From Octopus vulgaris (lineage: Eukaryota): 64,000 nt of DNA. The DNA lies in the NCBI GenBank assembly GCA_951406725.2, contig OX597834.1, forward strand, positions 36,580,001-36,644,000, in the 5' to 3' direction. The position numbers were made by a program, and so were the translations under genes. Positions 1-12,047 of this stretch are shown piece after piece (positions within the stretch are counted from its first letter, which is position 1; every line of letters starts with the position of its first letter). A model generated the notes under the pieces. That model made no database searches and was not told where the DNA came from. It worked only from the letters and a program-made list of their open reading frames with translations.

Positions 1-239
1 CACACACATATATAAATACATACATATATATACATACATATATACATACATATACATATATACAAATATATACATATATATATATATATGTATATATATA
101 TATGTATATATACATATATACATACATATGTACATACATATAAATATACATACATATGCAAACATATATATACATACATATACAAACATATATATATACA
201 TACATATACAAACATATATATATACATACATATACAAAC

Positions 240-282
<43 letters not shown>

Positions 283-310
283 TATTCACATACACATACT
301 CATATATACA
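1..310. repeat. Compound (TA)n/(CA)n/(TACA)n microsatellite
   Basis: Direct reading. Similar tracts recur throughout, e.g. 900-1395, 11845-12145, 12710-13250, 20560-21060, 38810-39370, 43490-44240. Confidence 0.97.
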
Positions 311-1358
311 TGGATGGCTAGATGGATATGTATGTAAGCATTTATAGCAGTTAGGACGAGAATGGTCAGATATTATCGTCCCGACTACAATACAAGACAA
401 ATGAAACAGAAGGGGAGGTCATTAAGAGACAGTATTATTATGACTAATTAATTAATAATAGATTCGGGTCAAAAGAAATACACACACACACACACACATA
501 TGCATACACATACAGGTACACACAAAATGGAAATCCATACACACACACACACACACACACACACATGAACAAGGCATGCAGTAAATGCATAAACACACAC
601 ACATATATAAATCTGATGGAGCCCACATGTATATAGAGACATGTGGCAATCCCATACAAGACAAAAATGAGGGGACACACACACACACATACACATACAC
701 ACACACATATTCAGCCATACATACTCGGACATATATACACGCACAGGCAGATGTACACAGTTATGCACAAAGACGTATACACATCGAGATATATTTCTTT
801 ACTACCCACAAGGGGCTAAACACAGATGGGGACAAACAAAGACAGACAAAGGGATTAAGTCGATTATATCGACCCCAGTGCGTAACTGGTACTACATAGA
901 GATATACACACTCAAACATACATTCAGACACACAAGCACATAGACGTATACAAACACAGCTACACACACGCACACACAATCTCACACAAACACACACAGG
1001 TATATGCATTATCAGACATATATACATACACATAGACACACATACACACACATACACACAGAAATATACAAACATATACAGTCACACACACACACTCAGA
1101 AATATGTACATACATACAGACACACACATTTATATACATACACACACAAGCATATAAACACTCAAAGACATGCACACACATATACATCCACAGAGACGTA
1201 TACATATACCTAGACACACACACACACACACACACAAATATACCTACAGAGGTGCACACACACACACAGACAAATACATATACCTACAGACACACATACA
1301 CACACACATATACAAAGAAATACAGACACAGAAATATACATATACCACCAGACACATG

Positions 1359-1393
<35 letters not shown>

Positions 1394-2060
1394 ATATAAA
1401 GGTAAATGAACAACCATTTACTTTGACAAGTATTTCAATTATTCTATCAACTAAATTCCCCAGTCAATGCATTACAGTGGCCGAGTATACCACAGACACG
1501 TATATTCTTTCCTGTAATCATACCATCACCACCACCACCACCATAATCATCATCCTCATCATTTCACATCCACTTCCCATGCTGGCATGGGTTGGTCAGA
1601 CAGGTTGCCATGGTTTCACTCATTTCCTGTTGTGGGTGGGGTCCCGCTGCTCTCATGGATTGGTGTCTGTCTGTCTGTCTTCCTTGTTTCAGTCATTGGA
1701 CTGCGGCCATGCTGGGGCAGCATCTTGAAAGGTTTTAAGTTGAACAAGTCGACCCCAGGGCTTTTCTTTTCTTTATTTATTTTTAGTTTTAAAGTCTGGT
1801 ATTCATTCCATCAGTCTCTTCTGCTGAACTGCTAGGTTCAGAGGACGTAAACAAACCAACACTGGTAGTCAAGCAATGAGAGGCAGACACAAAGATGTGC
1901 GTGTGTGTGTGTGTGTGTGGGCGTGTGTAGGCATGTGTATGCGTGAGAGAGAAAGAGAGAAAGAGAGAAATTATGATAAGTTAAGTGATGATGATGATAA
2001 TGATGATGATGATATGAAGACACAGTATACAATCAACGCAGATGGTAATATAAGTGAATA

Positions 2061-2096
<36 letters not shown>

Positions 2097-2160
2097 ACGC
2101 ACACACACACACACACACACATACACACGCACACACACACACAGACACCCACAGACACAT

Positions 2161-2614
2161 ACCACACACATGCATAAACTGCAAGAGATAGAGTGGCTGA
2201 TAGACACACACATACACACACACACATGTACCCTAACGTTAAGAGAGAGAGAGAGGGGGGCAGACAAAATGACAGGCAGAGAGAAAGGTTGTGACACACA
2301 AACACACACTTATATAAAGAGAAAGAGACAGAAACTGACAGACAGACACACACATATACGCACACACATATACACACATACACACACACAAACACCACAC
2401 ACATGCATAAAGTGCAAGAGATAGAGTGGCTGACAAGACATACACACAGTCACAGAGACACTTACGTTAAGAGAGAGAGAGAGAGAGAGAGGGAGGAGAG
2501 AGGGAGAGAGAGAGAGGGAGAGAGATAAAGAGAGAGCGAGATAGAGAGAGTGAGAAGAGAGAGAGAGAGAGATCGAGACAGAGAGAGAGAGAGTGAGAAA
2601 GAGAGAGAGAGAGT

Positions 2615-2660
<46 letters not shown>

Positions 2661-2905
2661 GAGAGAGAGAGAGAGAGAGAGTAAGAAAGAGAGAGCGAGA
2701 GAGTGAGAGAGAGAGAAAGAGAGAGAGAAAGCAAGAGAGAGAGAGTAAGAAAGAGAGAGCGAGAGAGAGAAAGAGAGAGAGAAAGCAAGAGAGAGCGAAA
2801 GTAAGAAAGAGAGAGAGAGAGAGAGAGAGAGACGAGAGAGAGAGACAGACAGACAAAATGACAGACAGAGAGAAAGGTTGCAAGACACACGCACACGTAT
2901 AAAGA
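2161..2905. repeat. Tandem duplication of a ~233-bp unit; second copy carries an expanded (GA)n tract
   Basis: Anchors accacacacatgcataaa-tgcaagagatagagtggctga, cgttaagagagag and gacaaaatgacag-cagagagaaaggttg occur in the same order at 2161-2320 and 2393-2905. The GA tract is ~20 bp in copy 1 and ~380 bp (2469-2850) in copy 2. Confidence 0.85.
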
Positions 2906-3250
2906 CAGACAATATAATCAATAGAGACGAATTAAAACTAATTAATCAATTAGGTAAACAAAAGAGAACGTTGCTAATATAACATCTTATGTTTGAATTT
3001 CATCGGATTGTTGAATATGTTTCACAATAATCCACCTTATCTTTGACAGGAAACCATCAAAAGATACCCTGAAACGAACGCACCGCTTAATCACACTTCA
3101 TTAACATAACATTTTATAATGAATCATTATTGTGATAGGCAGTCAGTAAAATTACTCAATTATTTTCGTTATCATTATAAAAAAAAGTCGTTATTATCAT
3201 TATTATAGTTATCAGAGTTGTTGTTGCTATTGTTGTTAGCAGACACATTA

Positions 3251-3682
3251 AGGCAGCAAGTTGGCAGAATCGTTAGCAGACTGGGCAAAATGCTAAGCAG
3301 TATTTCTCTCGTTGTTACGTTCTGAGTTCAAATTCCACTGAGGTCAACTTTGCTTTTCATCCTTTCAGGTTCGATAAATCAAGTACCTGTTACGTACTAG
3401 GGTCGATCTAATTGACTGGCCCCCACCAAATCCTTTCAGGTTCGATAAATCAAGTACCTGTTACGTACTAGGGTCGATCTAATTGACTGGCCCCCACCAA
3501 ATCCTTTCAGGTTCGATAAATCAAGTACCTGTTACGTACTAGGGTCGATCTAATTGACTGGCCCCCACCAAATCCTTTCAGATTTGATAAATCAAGTACC
3601 TGTTACGTACTAGGGTCGATCTAATTGACTTGCCCCCCCACCCACCAAATTTTCAGACCTTGCTCCTAGAGTAGAAAAGATT
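3251..3682 (+). mobile_element. tRNA-derived SINE family A with an internal 71-bp tandem amplification
   Basis: Head ttggcagaatcgttagc (A-box-like) and gagttcaaattcc (B-box-like). The 71-bp unit starting tcctttcag begins at 3360, 3431, 3502 and 3573. Tail ends cctagagtagaaaagatt. Confidence 0.88.
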
Positions 3683-3701
3683 GCAATTATCGTTATTATT
3701 A

Positions 3702-3920
3702 AGGCGGTGAGCTGGCAGAATCGTTAGCGCATGCAGGGCAAAATATTTAGTGGTATTTCGCTCGTTGCTACGTTCTGAGTTCAAATTCCACTGAGGTCGA
3801 CTTTGCCTTTCATCATTTTGGGGTCAATAAATTAAGTACCAGTGAAAAACCAGAGTCAATGTAATCAACTTGTCCCCTCTCCCAAAATTTCAGGCCTTGT
3901 GCCTATAATAGAAAGGATTA
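3702..3920 (+). mobile_element. tRNA-derived SINE family A (tail type 2, ends in (ATT)n)
   Basis: Full copy from aggcggtgagctggcagaatcgttagc through gagttcaaattcc to ggccttgtgcctataatagaaaggattatt. Other copies: 16142-16326(-), 16370-16575(-), 16648-16862(-), 19723-20030(+), 23668-23885(-), 27080-27290(+), 34081-34300(+), 42780-42990(-), 62320-62535(+). Confidence 0.9.
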
Positions 3921-3923
3921 TTA

Positions 3924-3954
<31 letters not shown>

Positions 3955-5197
3955 CATCATTATTATTATTATTATGTGAGAGTAGTGCATGCCATCAAAG
4001 TGACACTGGGGTAAAATATATGAACCCCAGTATACCCATCATGACTACCCATCTGATAAGGGTACACCAGGCACATGCATCACAACCATATGTGCACGAC
4101 ATGGTGATCTCATATCAAGATAAACAGCACATGACCTTGCAGGTGGGGCCCAGTTAGAATTTTCTTCTGGTCGAGTAGCCCATCCTGCTCAAAAGGTCCC
4201 TGAATAAGGATTGTTTAAGGATGTTGAATGAAGCCTGAAGATTTGTGGGAGGGGACTAGTCGATTGCATTGACCCCAGTTTGTTTGACTAGTCATGTGAT
4301 TCATTGACATTGAGTTGATGAAAAGCAAAATTGACATTGATGGAATTTGAACTCAAAATGTAAGGTTCAGCTAATGATTCTGCCAGCTTGTAATCTTGAT
4401 AACAACAACAACAACAACAACAACATATCTGCAGCTAAGACTAAAGCTTAAAGACTGAACTTCACAGTCATTTCGAAAGTTGCAGTTGATTCTCCTTACC
4501 TTCATCCATAAAAATAAGGTTTGATTTGAAGGAAATATAGCTGCTATGTCTAGCAAGTCACTTGCTCATAAAGAGGCCTTCTCTCATAAGATCTGAGGAG
4601 TAGTGAACAAACTGAAAAACAGTTTGTCAGAAGACTCAATCCCTCTTTTTTTTCCTGCACACCAATGATATAAAAAGAACATACTTACATTGTTATTTCA
4701 CTCACAGTAAGGCTTTGTAGTGACTCAATATAATTCAGTTCCTCTGATTTACAACGCTTAAAATACACCATTTAACCCTTAATGGTGGATGTCATTGATT
4801 GATGTTTCAAATATTTAAACATGGATAAAACCATCATCAAAGGAAAGTAAATATTTTATGACACTTTTCAATGATCAGATTGCAAGTTTTATTGTGTGCG
4901 AGATGAACAATTATTATAGCTTTTGAACTTATCTAAAGTGAAAATAAGTATAAAAATTACTTACAAGAAAAAAGAGATAGTTTTTTTGTTTTTCGCTCAT
5001 TCGGCACACATATTTATGCAACCGTTTCCTGCCATTTAAAAGGAAAATAAAGATGAGGTGTCAAAATCCCAATCATGCAAATTAGGCTATCCACTAATGC
5101 GCTAGCTTAATTGCTGACTGCTATATGTAACAAGTGATCTATGCCACTGACTGGAGAATAAAGCCAAGTGTGTTGCTTCTGAGGTGAAGTCAATACA

Positions 5198-5231
<34 letters not shown>

Positions 5232-5654
5232 ACGGGAAGCTTTATGAAAATAAACAAAAGACGAAGGCAGGTGGAGTACAAACAAACAAATGTATTAGTA
5301 TGGCGCTCAAATATAAATGAAACAAATTTTGTTACGCTCTTCGACAGAAAGATACACAGAAAAGAAAGAAGGAGAGAAATAAGGAGAGAAAAAAATGCGT
5401 GCAGAAGCTAGCGATTCAACATGGCGATATATATATCAATAAATGGGCAAGCAACAGGTTGCTTAGCTACATACTGAAAAATTAGAAATAGTAGTCAAAG
5501 GCCGCTTATTTCTATTTTCTAAATATTTACATGTAACTTGCATATGTAAAACAGAAGGATTTTAAATTTAAAATTATTTACCCTTATATTATTTTAAAAT
5601 TAATAATCTTAAAATTAATAATTATTTACTTATATTATTAATATATATATATAC

Positions 5655-5818
5655 ACATTTTTTTCTCTCCTTGTTTTTTTTCTGTGTCCCTTTCCATAGA
5701 AGAGCGTAGGCTCGAAACGTAAAAGACTTTTTCTATTCCCGAGCGTTATACTAATACATCTGTTTGTTTTGTACACCACCTGTCTTCGTTTTTTGATTTT
5801 TTCGTAAACTCTCCCTAT
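5655..5818 (+). mobile_element. Short Penelope-like pseudo-LTR element, family D1 (hammerhead-bearing)
   Basis: The same ~160-bp sequence occurs at 25697-25858(+), 26775-26968(+) and 58862-59040(-), with related copies at 5232-5427(-) and 11503-11760(-). Its 3' end usually abuts (TA)n and it contains the hammerhead-like motif gagcgtaggctcgaaacgta. Confidence 0.7.
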
Positions 5819-5853
5819 ATATATATATACATATATATATATATACATACAGA

Positions 5854-6067
5854 CAGAGTGACCCAAAAGTAGGTTTACAGTTGTTCAACTTTCACTTTCA
5901 CATTCATATATTAACAGTTTAAATCTTAATCATAACAAAAATATGAAACCATTATTCTATGCTAATTTAGTTAATTGTAAGCTAGAAATTTAAATGTGAT
6001 AAAAATGTTTTAAAAGCAATTCAAAGTGCCTATGTGATAACTGTAAACCTACTTTTGGGCCACCCTG
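5854..6067. mobile_element. Tc1/mariner-type MITE
   Basis: 31-bp TIRs: cagagtgacccaaaagtaggtttacagttgt vs reverse complement of the right end cagggtggcccaaaagtaggtttacagttat (3 mismatches). TA at the right end; left TA not preserved. Confidence 0.85.
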
Positions 6068-7897
6068 TATATACCATCATCATGTATTAAATTACAATTT
6101 ACTAATTAAAGGCAGCTTTAATAACGCAAGTGTTATAGGTCGGAGAGTCATAGTGTATGGGTTTTGATAATAGGTCGAATTTGCAGTGGGTGGGGGTGGG
6201 GGTCTGAGGAAAGCTCCCTGAATGATGCCGAGTGTTGTCTTGACTGGTCTGTGACATTTAGGTGTCCTTTAGCTCTTGGCATCATTTGAGGAACTTTCTC
6301 CAGACACTATCCCGACAGCAGATTTGGCAACTAAACAAGACACTGATAATGTTTACGTATGTGAGTTTGTGTGTGTGTATGTGTGTGTGTATATCTATCT
6401 ATCTATCTATCTATCTCTCTCTCTATATATATAAACATATATATATATATACTTCATTACTCTACCTCTGGTATTTGAATACTCTTTTTTCCACCTTGTT
6501 TCACAATTATGTGCTTCCTCCAGTATATATATATATCAATCATCATCATCATCATCATCAATTAATGTCTGTCTTCCATGCTGGCATGGTTGTTTTGGCA
6601 TAGTTTTCATAGCTGGATGCCCTTCCTAACACCAGCCACCCTTTAGAGTGGACTGAGTCCCCTTTACATGGCACAAGCACAGGCGAGGTCAGTTTTGGCA
6701 TGGTTTTTACAGCTGGGTGCCCTTCCAAACACCAACCACCTTACAGTGTGGACTGGATGCTTTTTACGTGGCATATGTATATATCTCATGATGTAAGAAT
6801 TGTAAGATACATACAACCCATACATGGTTCAAACATTATCTGATGTAGAACTCAATACCTGATATAGAATGAAAATATACGAATCAACAAAATTATCAAC
6901 ATCATCATCATCTTAACATCTGCTTTTCAATGCCTGCATGAGTCAGATGAGTTGACATCAAGGTAGAGCCACCTATAGTTGGTTGCATTTCGTGACGTGA
7001 CACCTCACTTGTTTTCAGGTAAAAGTAACGATTTACAAATCTGCTGAGCAACAAACAGTCTGGACATGTTTCCATAGAGAACTGCAAACAAATGAATGCT
7101 GATGGATTTAAAAAAAAATTTTTGTTACAACGTACATGTCAAGACATGCCAAACAGGTTGGACACAATTTCAAGGAGGAATGTAAACAAATGGGGCTGTT
7201 TGTATGAAAAGTAAGTATTGTTTGCACTCTGTGGGCACGCATGTCAAAAAAAAAGGGAAAATACAAACACATACACGCATCATCATCATCATCATCATCA
7301 TTTTGACATTCACTTTTCTATGGTTGCATTGATCAGATGGAGTATATATCAACAGCTGGATGCTCTAACTGCCACCAACTTTCAGCTGTTTCGAGGCAAG
7401 GCGATATTTCCCCCATAGCTAGACATGTTCTCACAGAATGCTGGAAATGGCTTGCATGACGGTAGCACTCATTTACAACTGTCCATGCAATGACAAAACA
7501 AGGACACACACACACACACTCACCACCACCACTACCATCACCATCACCATCACCACCATTATCATCGTTTTAATGTTCACTTTTCCATACCAACATGGGT
7601 CTGTGGGGAGTTTATTGAGACAAACTTTTTACAGCTAGATGCCTTCCCTGTCACCAACCCTCACTTGTTTCCATACAAAGGTAACATTTTTCCCAATGAT
7701 CACACAAGTTTTTGGAGAATATTGGAAATGAAAAACACTGCTTGTGTAACAATGGCACTTGTTTACAACTATCATGTCATGTCATGACAAAGAGACCTAT
7801 ATATATACAACATATTTACACACCCATATACATAAATTTATAAATATATATATATGGGAGCAATGCCACATTTAGTTGGCAAGTATCTGTTATTAAA

Positions 7898-7935
<38 letters not shown>

Positions 7936-7950
7936 GCACACACAAATATA

Positions 7951-8063
<113 letters not shown>

Positions 8064-8435
8064 TATATACATATAATATGTAAATGTAAGATCCAAGGAT
8101 CAAAGTGTAGGAAATTAGTATGCTTCAAGCAGTATAAAAAAACTATTTCCTGCAACAGCAGTAGTTTATTGGCATAGGAAGTTGTACATTTTTCTCATGT
8201 TCAAGTTCAATAAGCTGAAGACCATTATTTCATAATTCATGGTTAGTAACTGGGGTTGCTATGTGTGTAAATAAAAATCCAGATGGTGGGTGTCTCTGGA
8301 CTGATAAATTGCTAGTGGAGTACTCCACATTGAGTAATTACTACTTCTGAGGTTCTGCTAGCTAGGAAACATGTAGCTTGGATTTTACCTACACCTTTCT
8401 ATCAATTTGGCTACATATATATATATATATATATA

Positions 8436-8665
8436 CTTTATTTAAAGCAGCAGAAAATTCAACAAAACCTGTTACTCTGAGTTTCATGTTTTCGTTCGTC
8501 GGACAGTTTTTCTAGCAAAAACTGTCCGACGAACGAAAACATGAAACTCAGAGTAACAGGTTTTGTTGAATTTTCTGCTGCTTTAAATAAAGCATATTAC
8601 TCTACCACTGGTATTTGAGTACTCTTTTTTTCCACCTTGTTTCACATTTATGTGTTTACTCCGGT
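8436..8665 (+). mobile_element. Fold-back Penelope-like element, family E: perfect 76-bp inverted repeat plus unique tail
   Basis: 8436-8511 is the exact reverse complement of 8517-8592, with loop ctagc. The tail 8593-8665 also appears at 6455-6525, and a degenerate reverse copy lies at ~26605-26715. (TA)n on both sides. Confidence 0.8.
8522..8559 (+). ncRNA. Minimal type-I hammerhead ribozyme-like motif (U4C core variant); mirror copy on - strand at 8469-8506
   Basis: CUGU-CCGACGA-ACG-AAAA-CAU-GAAA-CUC-A-GA-GUA-ACAG: stem I CUGU/ACAG, near-palindromic stem III ACUC-A-GAGU, GUA cleavage triplet. Stem II has one mismatch. Confidence 0.6.
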
Positions 8666-9249
8666 ATATATATATATATATATATACTCTTTACTCTCTC
8701 TTTTACTCTTTTACTTGTTTCAGTCATTTGACTGCGGCCATGCTGGAGCACCGCATTTTAGTTGAAGAAACTGGCCCCAGGACTTATTGTTTGTAAGCCT
8801 AGTACTTATTCTATCGATCCCTTTTGCTGAACTGCTAAGTTACAGGGATGTAAACACACCAGCATTGGTTGTCAAGCGATGTGGGGGGACAACATATATA
8901 TATATGTATATATATATATCCCTCTCTCTCTTTCGGAGAGGTACTGAGCAGCTATACGCATACATACACACACGGCAGTAACATATATATATATATATAT
9001 ACATACATACATAGTAACTAAGGCTATAGTAGAAGACACTTGTGCAAGATGCTACACATCCACTCCATATGCACACACACATATATATACCTATATATAT
9101 ATATGATGATGATAAGGAAAAAAAGAAAATGGAGATAAAATTGATAATTGATAATCATCAACTATCATTAATTGATTATAAAAAGACAATATCTCATCTG
9201 ACAGCTGTTTCTGTTGGCATTATTCAAAGTATTGTCAGGCTTAATTACT

Positions 9250-9388
9250 ACAACAACAACAACAACAACAATAACAATAATATTAACAATAATAACAATA
9301 ATAATAATAATAATAATAATAAATAATAATAATAATAATAAATAATAATAATAATAATAATAACAATAATAATAATAATAATAATAAC

Positions 9389-9431
<43 letters not shown>

Positions 9432-9450
9432 GTAATAATAATAATGATAA
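9250..9450. repeat. (AAC)n/(AAT)n microsatellite
   Basis: Direct reading. Confidence 0.97.
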
Positions 9451-10159
9451 TACTTGTCATTGTAAATAATCAATTATACCATCTTAAATAGTGGAACTTC
9501 ATCAGAGCGGAAAAAGAAAAGAAAAAGAAAAAGAAAAAGAAAGATAAAGAGAGAAAGTAAGGATGTATTAATTCAAGTTACATGCTGTCACCCTGGAAAC
9601 CTTCTGACCGACTAAAAGGGAATTTAGTAACAGAATTAGAATAGTTGTAATATTTAGTGGTACATTCCTATATATGGAGGCGGGGGGGGGGGGCTACTGC
9701 TGGGGTGGGTTAAATTATATAATAACTATAGGAGTATTTCTGGTTGGGTGATAAAATAGAAATAAAAAGTAAGAAATAAAATAGAATATACCGGTAGTTA
9801 CAGAACTAAAATAATAATAATATTAACTATAATTTATTTATTTATCAATTGTTTCCTATGTATTGTATTTGGGAGACATACCTGAAACAACCCCCCGATC
9901 TGGAGTAGGAATGGTCTGGACTCTAAGGGGATACTATTGGTCTGTTAATTTCAAAAACAAAAGGATGGTCATTAAAAATTGTTAATCGATGGAGTGGAAA
10001 TAGGTAAACATTGAATATTTGTTGTAAGGGGAGGCAATTATTGATTTTACAAGTAATATCTTAAGCTTATGTATGTATTTCTCAAGCGGTTAAGAAAGTT
10101 CCACTATGAAAGTATATATTAAGTTATGTAATATTTATTGATGGGTGGGCTATGTCCAT

Positions 10160-10372
10160 AGTTAATCCAAACATGAACAAAGAAAAAACACAACGTGAGG
10201 ACGTGGAACAAGTATAGTGCTATTGGACGCTCAGGAAAGGAAAGAAAGAAGGAGGAGGACTTAACGTTTCGAGCAGAGCTCTTTGTCAGAAATATATAAA
10301 AAAAGGAAAAGTTCAATGAAGGGAAGACGGAGAAAGTAAATCGCCAACGATACACACGTGGTCAAATATTGA
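10160..10372 (-). mobile_element. Short Penelope-like element, family D2
   Basis: Matches 25871-26100(-), 37498-37667(-) and 37305-37460(+). Its hammerhead-like motif at ~10262-10291(-) reads CUGACAA-A-GAGC-UCU-GCUC-GAAAC-GUU, with G8 lost. Confidence 0.65.
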
Positions 10373-10679
10373 AAAATATATCTGTATCTATGCATGTGTA
10401 GCTACAGAGGGAACACTTATCTACCTATCTTAGTCCTCCTTTTTCTTTTTTTTATTTCTTTCAGTTATTTGACTGTGGCCATGCTGGAGCTCCACCTTTA
10501 GTCGAACAAATTGACCCCAGGACTTATTCTTGGTAAGCCTGGTACTTATTCTATCAGTCTCATTTGCCGAACTGCTATGTTATGGGGATACAAACACACC
10601 CACATCGGTTGTCAAGCGATGGTGGGGGGACAAACACACACACAAACACATACATATATATATATATGTATATAATTTA

Positions 10680-11200
10680 GAGAAAAACCTCTATTAAACA
10701 ATTCAATAATGAAAGATGTTATTCACACCATATAGAAAACATATAATATAAAAATCTTATTCTAAAACTCAATAAAGTACAATAAAAAGTAAATAGTAGT
10801 AAAAAGTCAATGAGCGTTTCGTGGCTATATTTTCAAATAGATAATAATAATAAAATCAATTTGATTTAAAATTAAATCGATCTAAAGTCAATTCTATTTA
10901 AAAATATAGTCACTCATCAGGTCTAAAATAATAAATAATAAAAAAATAATAGAATAAATGTACTTACCTTAAATTATACTAATTATCAAATAAATATATA
11001 AAAATATGTGTATTAACTATAAATAATCGAAAAAACATTTAACAATATTTCTTAAAATAAAACTTAACTTATTAAAGGATTATCGTTAATTGAAAATTTT
11101 AAATGTAATAAGTTTGACGTGTTACATTTTAAATCTTTAGTTAACGAAAATCCTTGGTAAGATAAGTTATGTTTTTATTTTAAGAAATATTGTTAAGTGA
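10680..11200 (-). mobile_element. AT-rich Penelope-like remnant with a long-stem-II hammerhead motif, between two halves of a SINE B
   Basis: The minus strand of 10814-10921 reads CUGAUGA-GUGACUAUAUUUUUAAAUAGA...UCUAUUUGAAAAUAUAGCCAC-GAAAC. An imperfect ~70-bp IR lies at 11039-11108/11121-11195. SINE B halves lie at 10455-10650 and 11782-11845. Confidence 0.55.
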
Positions 11201-11856
11201 ATGAAGATCTAAATAACTAAATAGATAAAGTAAAGTGGGTTACATAGTTTTGCAGATAACATAAAAGAGGGATGGTCCAACGGAACAAGCCACAACCTAG
11301 AAAAATGTGTATATCTGTGCAAATGCATGTTTATCATGCTGCACCTCTTCACAAACATATGGGTACTTGTAAATCTACATACATATATCCATGCATGTAT
11401 TTACCAGTTAATTCATAATCTCATATAAGTAAGACACCAGTTAATACATTGATCCTTTAGACGGTTGTTATAACCTCTAACTTAACTCTCATCTATATAA
11501 ATATAGTGACAATTTGCAAAAAGACAAAAGACGAAGACAGATGCGTAAAAAATAAACAGAACGGGAAGTGAGAAAGTCTTTAATGTTTCGAGCCTACGCT
11601 CTTCGGCAGAAAGGAACACAGAAATAAACAGGGAGAGAAAATAGAAAAAGGTTTCATGGCTACTGATCTATTATGGCGAATGCCGGACAGAGGGGTCACA
11701 CAGGTGAGCCAGGAAGAAGGAGAGGTAATAAAGTAGTGGTAATCCCAAAATGAAGGTGCGTGTGTGTATGTGTGTTTGGAAGGGGGACTGAACCCAGTAC
11801 CATGTGGTTGGGAAGCAAGCTTCTTACCACATAGCCACACCTACACCAATACATAC

Positions 11857-11901
<45 letters not shown>

Positions 11902-12009
11902 TATATATACACACACACACATATATATATACATATATATGCATACACACATATATACATATATGTGTGAGTATAAATATATACACACACACACATATGT
12001 ATGTGTGTG

Positions 12010-12047
<38 letters not shown>

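Noticed and set aside
3360-3640. Regular repeats resembling a CRISPR array
   Set aside because: The units are contiguous with no unique spacers, derive from a SINE, and lie in a eukaryotic context with no cas genes.
3975-4232. Probable 3' end of a further LINE next to (ATT)n
   Set aside because: Single copy in the window with no diagnostic peptide, so it cannot be classified from the sequence alone.
4689-4756. Minus-strand exon candidate RCKSEELNYIESLQSLTVSEIT
   Set aside because: The GTAAGT donor is present but the acceptor is weak, the phase does not fit the proposed chain, and the resemblance to a DH-domain helix is superficial.
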